Shown in pieces: positions 11,101 to 19,018 of a stretch of 61,847 nt of DNA. Each line of letters starts with the position of its first letter. The stretch's first letter is position 1. This stretch comes from Patescibacteria group bacterium. Lineage in GTDB: Bacteria > Patescibacteriota > Minisyncoccia > Phycocordibacterales > SBAW01. The stretch is from contig JAZKAA010000001.1 of assembly GCA_040389385.1 (NCBI GenBank), positions 1 to 61,847 on the forward strand. Direction: 5' to 3'. The notes under the pieces are model-generated. The model saw only the letters and a program-made list of their open reading frames with translations, did no database searches and had not been told where the DNA came from. The position numbers and the translations under genes were made by a program.

Positions 11101-14100
11101 CGACGGGCCGGTCATCTATACCGGCTTTAAACCCAAGTTTGTAATGATACGCTCATTGCAAGCGGGCAACTTGGAGTCTTTGATGTACGACTCGTCACGC
11201 GACACGTCTAATCCAGCAACTCATTATATAAGTGCGGGTTTTAACTCTACGGGCGTTGAGCTCACAAGCAGTGGAGATATCGATATTCTTTCGAACGGTT
11301 TTAAAGTGCGTAATACGACCTCGTCAGGAAACAACTCAGGTCAGACGTTCGTTTACATCGCCTTTGCCGATGTGCCGTTTAAGTCGGCATCGGCGGCCAA
11401 TGGTTACAGCGTCCCCAACTCGGCACGGTTTGACGCGAGCAACAATGCCTACTTATCGCACACCAACACGGCTGTCGGTGCGACCACCAAAGGCACCGTC
11501 TCGTTTTGGATGAAGCGGGGGAGTATCTCGGGCAGCCGCATGAACGTGCTTAGCGCTGGCAACAACGCAGAGATGATAGGCCCGAGCAATGACTCAAACG
11601 TGGACACACTGTGGGTGCGCCTTGCCAACGGCTCCGACATGAACTTTGGCGGTACGGCCTCCAACATGGCCAAGCTACGCGACCCCACTGCCTGGGACAA
11701 TATAGTAGTAGCGTGGGACACGACACAGGCAACCGCTGCAAACCGCGTGCATGTCTACCGCAATGGTATTGAGCAACCGCTCGTCGCCGGCACGTATCCT
11801 GCGCAAAATGCCACCGTTTCTCTTTTTAACAGTGGGGTAGCTGCCAACATCGGTCGCGACATTGCTAATGCGGCATACTACTTCGACGGCAATCTTGCCG
11901 ACTTCTATGCCGTTGATGGCTCGCAGCTGACTCCAAGCAGCTTCGGCGCAGCAGACTCCAACGGCTTTTGGAAGCCCAAGGCTTACAGCGGCACCTACGG
12001 CACCAACGGCTTTTATTTCAACTTCCAAAACGCGCTCAACATGGGCGCTGATGCATCGGGTCGCGGCAACAACTTTACTCCCAACAATATTTCCGCGGTT
12101 GACCAAATGCCCGACACACCGACCGACAATTACGCGACGCTCAACCAAAACAATTATTACTCGGGCTACCCCAAAGGCGTTGTGCAGGGAGGAGGCCTTG
12201 CGGCTAACGGCAATTATGGCACCGTGGCAGACTGGCAGCTCACAACAGGCAAGTGGTACTGGGAGAACGTTATCGGCGGCTCAAACGGCGGCTGGCCTAT
12301 GCCCGGCGTCTTTAGCGATCCGACCAGCGCCGTCACAGGCAGAGCATATCCGGGGCACTCCAACGACTACGGGTTCGGGTACTTTCAATCGGGGACTGTC
12401 TATAGTAACGGCTCACCCCAACCGGCTGTCGTATCTCCCTTTAACAACGGTGACATCATCGGTGTCGCCTACGATGCTGACACGGGCAAGGTCTACTTTT
12501 CTAAAAACGGCGTGTGGCAAAACAACGCCAGCCTGAACCTAATACCCACGATGACGGGGCAGACGACCTCCGGCGTCACCATAACCGACTCGACTGAGTA
12601 CAGCACCGACTACTCGGCATGGCGTACCGCCGACCGCAACTCGGGCTCCGGCTGGGACGCGTACCCCACGCCACCTAGCGTCGCCGCGCCACAGTGGATG
12701 CGCACCGACTTTGGCGCATCTAACGGCAAGACGGTCGGCTCCTACTCGATACAAATCTGGCCCGCTGTGGGCTCCTACGACCCGCTCGACTTTGCGCTCG
12801 AGGGCTCCAACGACTCCGCCACCTGCTCGGCGGGCAACGGTACGGCCGGCAGTACGTGGACTATTCTTGACATCGAGACAAACGCTCTCTGGAGCTATGC
12901 CTCTCAGGCACAGACCTTTTCTGTGCCGGTCGGTAACCAAGCGAGCTATCGCTGCTACCGCCTTAAGGTAACGAGAAGCAACGGCAACTCGCAGCTGCTC
13001 ATATCAGAGTTTGGCCTCTACGTGGCTACAAGTCCTAACCCTGCTGTTGACGGGAGCGTGAGCCCTGTCGGCACCGTGACCAATGGTTGGCCCGGACTCG
13101 CGAGCTACTACGGCAAAACTACGGTCAACTTCGGCCAAGGCTCGCCCACGACACTGTTTGGAGATGCCTCAAACTACGGGCGCGTCCTCTTACCTGTCGT
13201 GGGTCAGCCAACGCCATCAGGCACCATCGTTAAGCTTGGCTCGGCAAGCGGGTTCTTTAATGGTTTAAGCGCGCTTACTTCGCCGCAAAGCAGCGAGCTC
13301 AACATGTCCGGCGACTACACTATAGATTTGTGGGCGTATCCGACATCGCTAGGCACAAGCGGAGGGCTCGTTTCGCGCGACTATAGTGCCGGCTACACCC
13401 CGTACCTTGTATATCAAAGTGGCAGTACCTTTACCTTTTACTCTTCAGCAGTTGGTGGTGACTGGTCGATAGCCTCAGCACAACCGATTTGTACAGGGGT
13501 CACTATAAACACCTGGTACCATTTGGCAGTGGTGCGCTCGGGCAATACGTACCGCACCTTTTGCAACGGTACGCAGACCGCAACCTGGAGCTCGGCCGCA
13601 ACGCCATGGGCCGCGCCCTATCCGCTGGTGCTGGGCAGGCAGGCCACCGGCGGACCCTACTTTGTGGGCTATCTCGATGAAGTGCGCATAAGCAACACCG
13701 CGCGTTGGACATCCAACTTTACGCCGCCTACAAGCGCCTACTCGAGCGATGCCAACACGCTCTTCTTGGCGCATATGGACAACGAGCGCAGTAGCTTTTA
13801 CAAGAGCGCGTCCGACGGTTACTTTGCCTACACGCCGCCGAGCGGCTACAAAGCGCTCTCGACCAATAACTTGGCCGCACCTGCAATAGCCAAGCCATCC
13901 AACTACTTTGACGCCAAAGCCTACAGCGGCTCGGGCGGCTCTCCGAGCTTTGACCCGATAAATAAAGACAGCTTTATAACGCTGTCCAACAACAACTTCG
14001 ACGCAAACTCCTCAACCAACACCTACTGGAACACGCTCTATGGCACCAACAGCTTCTCTGCAGGCAAATGGTATGCGGAGTTTAAGATAGGTGCGGCCTA

Positions 14101-17100
14101 CTCAAACACCATCGGCATCGGCGATGCCACAAAGCGTCTCACGGGCACGGCCTCGCAGCAGCTCGGCCAGTTTGCCAACGAGTACGCTTACAACCCGGAG
14201 AACAATCGTTTGTACAGCAACAATGTAATAACCAGCGGCTATCCAACAGTAGTGGCGGGGGATGTCGTGATGGTCGCGGTTGATATGGACGCGGGCTTGA
14301 TATGGTTCGGCAAAAACGGAGCGTGGTTTAACAGCGGCAATCCGGCGACGGGCACCGGTGCTCAGTTTACCGGGGTAACCGGCTCGAAGGTTTTTGCGGC
14401 TTCGTTGCTTGCGGGCGACGGTACTCTCCAGGCCGAGTTTGGCCAAAGTGGCCGCCCTGGTAGCACCAACTACCCGGCTGCGGGAGGCAACTTCTGGTAT
14501 CAGCCACCGACGGGCTTTTCCGCGCTCGCGGCCCAGGGCGGCGCGCAGGAGATAGGACTCAGCTTCCAGCCCGACCTGGTGTGGATCAAAAACCGCACGA
14601 CAACATACTGGAATACGCTGGTCGACTCGCTGCGCGGGGCGGGGAGAGATGTATTTTCCAACAGCACCTCTGCGCAGACCTTTAATGACACCAACGGCAC
14701 GGTTAGCGCCTTTACACCCAGCGGTTTTACGGTGGGCGGCAGCTGCACCGGTGCCGGCGGCGGCAATGTTAACACTCTCAACAGCACTTACAGCGCATGG
14801 CTCTTAAAGGAGTCGCCCGCGGCGGGCTTTGATATCGTAAGTTACACCGGCAACGGCACCACCAACCGCTCCGTGGCGCAGGCACTCGGTACGACGCCCG
14901 ACTTTATCATCACCAAGGCCGTCAACGCCATCGGCGATTGGTTTGTCTACGACAAAGCGATGGGGGAGAGCAGCTTTGCCAAGCTCAACACCACCGACGC
15001 ACAAAGCGAGGTCTCCTCGCCGTTTAGTATCGACCTCATTCCCAAGATGACTGCTGTCACAACCAACGGGGTTACAATGAGCGGTGGTGGCAACTCAGGC
15101 GTGTGCGAGTATCAGGCGGCGTGGCATGCCGGCGACAAAATTGTAGCACCGAGCGATTATTGGGATGGCTACAACTCTACTACTCCCTCGCTCTGCACTC
15201 CCTCGATTTCAAACCCTGTGTGGCTCAAGGTTGACTTTGGTACGGCAAAAACCGCCACGGCTTACTCTATCTCGTCATTCCAGTATCCGTCGGTGTACTA
15301 CGACCCAATAGATTTTACTCTGCAGGGCTCCAACGACAATACCGCATGGACAACGCTCGACACCCAAACAAGTGTAGGTTGGACTCCGTTTGAGTCGAAG
15401 ACCTTTACCGTCGCAACCCCCGGCAGTTATCGCTACTATCGCGTCAGCACCACCCGCATTGGCGCTGGCGGCAACGAATTTATAATCCAAGAGCTGCACC
15501 TCTATGGCGCAGGGACGCTCAATACCGCGTCCAACTTTGTTGTCTCGGGCGCGCTCAACACCGCCTCTACCAACTACATCTCCTACCTCTTTTCCAACCG
15601 CGAGGGGGTACTCAAATCCGGCATTTACAACGGCAACAACTCCACCGACGGCCCCTTTATCTACACAGGCTTCAAACCCAAATGGGTGATGATTAAGGAT
15701 GTTAGTACGGGCAACGCCTACACGCATTGGAGCGTATATGACAGCGCACGGGACCCGAGTAACCCGCTCACAAAAATGCTCTACCCCGATGCCGCGCTGG
15801 TCGAGGGGAACGACGGCTACTGCAGCACGGCAAATTGTCCGATAGACTTTCTTGCAAACGGGTTTAAGGTTCGCTCCGGCGGGTATTGGAACACCAACTA
15901 TCAACCAGAAGCATACGCCTATATCGCCTTTGCCGACGTGCCGTTTAAAGAGAGCGCCGACACCAGCGTGTCGACTATCCCCTATGCGTTGCGTTTTAGC
16001 GCCAACAACAGCGACTATCTCTCACACAATTTTGCGCTTGCCTCCACCGACGCCAAAAAGGGCACCGTGAGCTTCTGGCTTAAACGTGCAGCGATAAACG
16101 GGGGCTGGCAGTTCCTCTATGGCGGTTCAGGGGGCATATATCTGGACCCGAGCGACCACATACGCATATACGACGCGGCGTACGACATATACAGCACTCA
16201 GACTTTCCGCGACCCATCGCAGTGGATACACTTTGTGTTTGCGTTCGACAGCACTGCCGCGGCCGGCCAGCGCGTCAAAGCCTGGGCCAACAATGTGCCG
16301 CTCACCTTCACGGCATATGCGGAGCCGGCGGCAAACGCGCCGTTCAACATCCTATCTACCGGTGCGCGCGCCTTTGGTATGTCGGGAGGGACTAATTACC
16401 CCCTCGACGGCTACCTCGCCGAGGCCAACGTGGTCGACGGGCTGGCGCTCGACCCGAGTAGCTTTGGCCAGTACGACGCCAATGGAGTGTGGAAGCCCGC
16501 AACCTACGGCGGGCAATATGGCGTCAACGGCTTCCATCTCAATTTTGCCACGACTGCCGTCAGTACGCCCACCAACAGCGGCAATGTGACGGTTGGGCCG
16601 CTTTTCAATACGAGCACCTACACCCTGCAGTGCCAACCGCTGCCGGGCGAGGGGAGCGGGTACCTATCCAAGAGCACCACGGTTACCGTCTCGCCCAACC
16701 TGGTGCAACTGAGTGCCTGCAACAGCTTGGGGAGCTGCTCAACCAATAGTGCATCGTCGGTGTATATCACTCCCAACACTTCGGCACTCCTCAGCTGGAA
16801 CGCCCCCACTGCGGATGCAAACTCCTGCACAGTTACATCGCTTGCGGCGGGTGTAAGTGGGACTATCAGCCCCGCCAATACCAACAGCGCAACCAATGTC
16901 ACGAGCCCGGCCGTCAACGCCAATACCACCTATACGCTTACCTGCCAGATAAACGGCACGCCGGCCACTGCAAGTGCCGCGGTGAGTGTCCAACAAGCCT
17001 GCGCAAGCTCGGGCTCCACGCTCTCCTGCGCTAACCAATGCGTCTTTACTTCCGACTCCGTCAACGCGCCGGCGACATTGTCGTGGTGCTGCCCGACAGG

Positions 17101-17521
17101 CTCCGCGGTGGGCACCGGCTTCTCTACCGGCGGAGCCACCAAAGGCTCGACAAACGTAACCGACAACGGCACGTACGGATTGCAGTGTCCGACCGGGAGT
17201 GGCTCGGTAACACTCGCCGGCGTAGCGCCCGCGGTAACTAACCCGCTGGTTGCATCTCCCACCCGTGTGCGCAAAGGGGGGACTACGTCGCTCTCGTGGA
17301 GCGTAAACTCGCTGAGCCCCGGCACCTCCTGCTCGATAACCCCTGCGCTCAGCAATGGCATGGCCGTATGGGACGGCTCGGGTACCTCATGGACCGGCAC
17401 AAACGTGCGCAGTCTGCCGATCAATAGCCCCACCAAATTTACGCTTACCTGCACCAACGGCAGCGGCACCGTCAGCGCCTCGGCCAGTGTCGGCCTGCTT
17501 CCGACGTTCCAGGAGATTTAA
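8189..17521 (+). CDS. Giant (3110 aa) membrane-anchored multi-domain recognition protein: glycine-rich x2, SPRY x3, LamG/concanavalin-like x3, discoidin x2, C-terminal Ig-like repeats
   Basis: Single uninterrupted ORF with an N-terminal hydrophobic span (GGLCAGTSFLLFVALGISG). SPRY signatures: GKWYWE.. followed by IGVAYDADTGKVYFSKNG.WQN. Discoidin-like signatures: W.(R/K).DFG ... DP.DF.L.GSND ... YR.YR. LamG-like signatures: GTVSFW.KR ... DG.LA.....DG.L.PSSFG, and WYHLAVVRSGNTYRTFCNG...YLDEVRISN. The glycine-rich domain starts Y.VP.GV.S..V.V.GAGGG. Confidence 0.85.
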   Translation: MALPRYNLAKQHMIFLKHLHKLTRRELHTLGGLCAGTSFLLFVALGISGNFPNLPESLKLVLSQQGNAQTATVYNSSTSYTVPPGVTSVYVQVYGAGGGNDYSSTFAGSCGGYGVYINGNGPGASGGYTNGMIPVTPGQVLSVVVGTVNGGGAPGAGPGYGGGYSGVFDGNPQQSTALMVAGGGGGAGRYVVIANYAGYCGIGNAAGSAPGAGGGANGAGTGVLTGGGAGGYGGGGGAGYYGGAGGQSSGTNGSGGAGGSGYCAPSLANCTTSSGGGAGAAGTGSVSIVPSTAVLSISATPQSVAAGGTSNIAWNATGVVANSCTISSGQGPLGSQGLGTDVSGNGSHFALGNISAQDQVSDTPTNSFATLNQIYYSIQTYSKGTVQDAGLAANGGYGAATGWQLTSGKWYWEYAVQPGAKSGGWPIVGVFKDTTSGSAYRLYPGHNNDDGIGYGADGTTYFDTGSRGTLASFTAGDVIGVAYDADTGKVYFSKNGTWQNSGNPTAGTGYLAIVKGGYPGLSSYYGKTIVNFGQLAAVTSARVYSIPGIYAYAVPVGYSSITVSVAGAGGGGTGGTAKINCDKYNNCVYQPGSAGAGGTASAFYATNASGGGGGGVNGGASGGDTNTVAGGASGGAGGAGSGGTGGVGGNGGLAVKTYGVGVLSGNIQVVVGSGGAGGGGACNAKDKYNNCIGYEPAGAAGANGAVTIQATGAPTTGGGNFYFPPPSGYNAISTANLPAPAVAQPANYFGATTYTGTGQSPQTVGGLNFAPDLVWIKNRAGAFWNTLSDTTRGPNSDLFSNSTSAATPNDANGWLSSFSTNSFAVGGQCSALSGNTNLIGNNYISWAWKKSPTSGMDIVSYTGDGTSNRSIAHALGTTPDFIMVKRTDNTGDWFVWSSAMGSNNYLKLNTQDAASTVNSPWGVATMSTTNFTVTANATNNANLAGANYVAYLFSNRDGFQKSGSYVGNGTADGPVIYTGFKPKFVMIRSLQAGNLESLMYDSSRDTSNPATHYISAGFNSTGVELTSSGDIDILSNGFKVRNTTSSGNNSGQTFVYIAFADVPFKSASAANGYSVPNSARFDASNNAYLSHTNTAVGATTKGTVSFWMKRGSISGSRMNVLSAGNNAEMIGPSNDSNVDTLWVRLANGSDMNFGGTASNMAKLRDPTAWDNIVVAWDTTQATAANRVHVYRNGIEQPLVAGTYPAQNATVSLFNSGVAANIGRDIANAAYYFDGNLADFYAVDGSQLTPSSFGAADSNGFWKPKAYSGTYGTNGFYFNFQNALNMGADASGRGNNFTPNNISAVDQMPDTPTDNYATLNQNNYYSGYPKGVVQGGGLAANGNYGTVADWQLTTGKWYWENVIGGSNGGWPMPGVFSDPTSAVTGRAYPGHSNDYGFGYFQSGTVYSNGSPQPAVVSPFNNGDIIGVAYDADTGKVYFSKNGVWQNNASLNLIPTMTGQTTSGVTITDSTEYSTDYSAWRTADRNSGSGWDAYPTPPSVAAPQWMRTDFGASNGKTVGSYSIQIWPAVGSYDPLDFALEGSNDSATCSAGNGTAGSTWTILDIETNALWSYASQAQTFSVPVGNQASYRCYRLKVTRSNGNSQLLISEFGLYVATSPNPAVDGSVSPVGTVTNGWPGLASYYGKTTVNFGQGSPTTLFGDASNYGRVLLPVVGQPTPSGTIVKLGSASGFFNGLSALTSPQSSELNMSGDYTIDLWAYPTSLGTSGGLVSRDYSAGYTPYLVYQSGSTFTFYSSAVGGDWSIASAQPICTGVTINTWYHLAVVRSGNTYRTFCNGTQTATWSSAATPWAAPYPLVLGRQATGGPYFVGYLDEVRISNTARWTSNFTPPTSAYSSDANTLFLAHMDNERSSFYKSASDGYFAYTPPSGYKALSTNNLAAPAIAKPSNYFDAKAYSGSGGSPSFDPINKDSFITLSNNNFDANSSTNTYWNTLYGTNSFSAGKWYAEFKIGAAYSNTIGIGDATKRLTGTASQQLGQFANEYAYNPENNRLYSNNVITSGYPTVVAGDVVMVAVDMDAGLIWFGKNGAWFNSGNPATGTGAQFTGVTGSKVFAASLLAGDGTLQAEFGQSGRPGSTNYPAAGGNFWYQPPTGFSALAAQGGAQEIGLSFQPDLVWIKNRTTTYWNTLVDSLRGAGRDVFSNSTSAQTFNDTNGTVSAFTPSGFTVGGSCTGAGGGNVNTLNSTYSAWLLKESPAAGFDIVSYTGNGTTNRSVAQALGTTPDFIITKAVNAIGDWFVYDKAMGESSFAKLNTTDAQSEVSSPFSIDLIPKMTAVTTNGVTMSGGGNSGVCEYQAAWHAGDKIVAPSDYWDGYNSTTPSLCTPSISNPVWLKVDFGTAKTATAYSISSFQYPSVYYDPIDFTLQGSNDNTAWTTLDTQTSVGWTPFESKTFTVATPGSYRYYRVSTTRIGAGGNEFIIQELHLYGAGTLNTASNFVVSGALNTASTNYISYLFSNREGVLKSGIYNGNNSTDGPFIYTGFKPKWVMIKDVSTGNAYTHWSVYDSARDPSNPLTKMLYPDAALVEGNDGYCSTANCPIDFLANGFKVRSGGYWNTNYQPEAYAYIAFADVPFKESADTSVSTIPYALRFSANNSDYLSHNFALASTDAKKGTVSFWLKRAAINGGWQFLYGGSGGIYLDPSDHIRIYDAAYDIYSTQTFRDPSQWIHFVFAFDSTAAAGQRVKAWANNVPLTFTAYAEPAANAPFNILSTGARAFGMSGGTNYPLDGYLAEANVVDGLALDPSSFGQYDANGVWKPATYGGQYGVNGFHLNFATTAVSTPTNSGNVTVGPLFNTSTYTLQCQPLPGEGSGYLSKSTTVTVSPNLVQLSACNSLGSCSTNSASSVYITPNTSALLSWNAPTADANSCTVTSLAAGVSGTISPANTNSATNVTSPAVNANTTYTLTCQINGTPATASAAVSVQQACASSGSTLSCANQCVFTSDSVNAPATLSWCCPTGSAVGTGFSTGGATKGSTNVTDNGTYGLQCPTGSGSVTLAGVAPAVTNPLVASPTRVRKGGTTSLSWSVNSLSPGTSCSITPALSNGMAVWDGSGTSWTGTNVRSLPINSPTKFTLTCTNGSGTVSASASVGLLPTFQEI

Positions 17522-17551
17522 CGTCGGTGATATACTAATAAAATAATCTAT

Positions 17552-18118
17552 ATGAACTTCAACACTGGCAGTTTTGGCGACATGAGGAGGAGAAAGGCAC
17601 TTGTACTCGTCGCGGCGGTAGTGTTAGTGGTCGCGCTCGGGCTTGCGTGGTACGCGACACACCGGGCGCCTCCCGGCCCGGAGCCGACGACGTTTTTTGA
17701 GTGCAGTCATATGTACAAAGTGCAGGAGGGCTCGCCCCGCGTCTGCCGCACGGCCAGAGGTAATACGTTTTATGACTACCAGGGCAACCTACCCGCTTTT
17801 GCCGGCAGTATCCGGATTACGAATCTCCCGCCGGCGCCGGTAGTAACTGCCTCTCCTATAGTGGTGCAAGGCGAGGCAACGGCAGACTGGTACGTCAACG
17901 GAAGCTTTGCCGTAGAGCTTGTCTCCGGAGCGGGCGCGGTCGTTGGGAAAGGGCAAGCTACAGTGCAAAAAAAGGTTCCGGGGCCCGCACTCTCTGAAAA
18001 CGTGTCTCCTTTTGCCGTATCGATATCCTTTGACGCCCAAAAGCCCGGCACACCGGGGGCGCTGGTCTTTAAAAAGGCCGACGGCAGCGCCAGCATGGTG
18101 CTCCCCGTGGCGTTTTAA
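17552..18118 (+). CDS. Membrane-anchored protein with Gmad2-type Ig-like domain
   Basis: N-terminal TM span (LVLVAAVVLVVALGLAWY). The C-terminal part, ITNLPPAPVVTASPIVVQGEATADWYVNGSFAVELVSGAGAVVGKGQATVQ, resembles the Gmad2 immunoglobulin-like domain as recalled. Confidence 0.6.
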   Translation: MNFNTGSFGDMRRRKALVLVAAVVLVVALGLAWYATHRAPPGPEPTTFFECSHMYKVQEGSPRVCRTARGNTFYDYQGNLPAFAGSIRITNLPPAPVVTASPIVVQGEATADWYVNGSFAVELVSGAGAVVGKGQATVQKKVPGPALSENVSPFAVSISFDAQKPGTPGALVFKKADGSASMVLPVAF

Positions 18119-18139
18119 GCTTATGATAAACTTATATAT

Positions 18140-18349
18140 ATGAAACTCACGCGGTATGTATTGATAGGAGTTAGCTTGGTGTTTGGACTCGTGCTCAATC
18201 TGCATATGTATGTACAGGGGTTCCTCTCAACCCACTTCTCTCACAAGAGCTCACTGGCGTCCGAGGAGTGCACCAACGACCAATCGAGTGCCCCTACAAC
18301 CAACCCGAACAAGCTACTGTTTATTTCGTGCGGAGGGTTTTTGGAGTAG
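18140..18349 (+). CDS. Small hypothetical membrane protein (69 aa)
   Basis: ATG start with an N-terminal hydrophobic helix (YVLIGVSLVFGLVLNL). No recognisable motif. Confidence 0.35.
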   Translation: MKLTRYVLIGVSLVFGLVLNLHMYVQGFLSTHFSHKSSLASEECTNDQSSAPTTNPNKLLFISCGGFLE

Positions 18350-18358
18350 AGTTAGGGC

Positions 18359-19018
18359 ATGCCGCATTCCCGCGAGGATTTTGTGCGCATGCCGCTTGCC
18401 GAGCGCCGGCACAAAAACGCTGCGAGCTTGGTCAAGGTCGTGCGCACGCCGCAAGGCATCTTTTTGTCTGAGTGGGCTTTCGAGGATATAGCGAATGAGC
18501 CCTGGGGACTCCCGGCCAAGCGCCCGATGGTGTATATGAGTGACCCGCACGAAGCGCTCGAGAAGTCGATGTGGTGCTACGAACACGGTATGATTCCGCT
18601 CATAGGAGAACGCGACCCGTCTGTTGCTGCCTTTGCGGCAAAGACATACTTGATAGACTCCCTTATTACTGACGTGCCTTCCTTGGTTGCGCTAGCCTCT
18701 TGTGTTAGTTTTGTGCCAAAGAAACTCGACTCGCTTTCTGTTGTTATTGCTTATCCGGAGGAAGCGCTAGCGGCCATGCCTGCGTCAGAGTACGCCGCAG
18801 TGACGCGTTTTTTGCTCGCGCTTCCCGAGACGGGTGCCTATGCGTACTCAGATCCTGCGCGCTACCCGGTGTTTGACCTCTTGCCCGCGTGCAGCATAGA
18901 GCGTTCAGAAAATGGATTGTTACTAACCAAGAAGCGCGCGCTGGTTACACCCATCGTCGGCTACCGCCTTCTCATAGCGGACATCGCTGCGCTGAGGTAT
19001 GGCACGACCTCCCTATGA
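18359..19018 (+). CDS. Hypothetical protein, translationally coupled to the downstream adenylating enzyme
   Basis: 219-aa ORF. Its TGA stop (19016-19018) overlaps the ATG (19015-19017) of the next gene as ATGA. The C-terminal stretch (LLLTKKRALVTPIVGYRLLIADIA) faintly resembles the end of the PaaK N-domain, but there is no P-loop. Confidence 0.6.
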   Translation: MPHSREDFVRMPLAERRHKNAASLVKVVRTPQGIFLSEWAFEDIANEPWGLPAKRPMVYMSDPHEALEKSMWCYEHGMIPLIGERDPSVAAFAAKTYLIDSLITDVPSLVALASCVSFVPKKLDSLSVVIAYPEEALAAMPASEYAAVTRFLLALPETGAYAYSDPARYPVFDLLPACSIERSENGLLLTKKRALVTPIVGYRLLIADIAALRYGTTSL

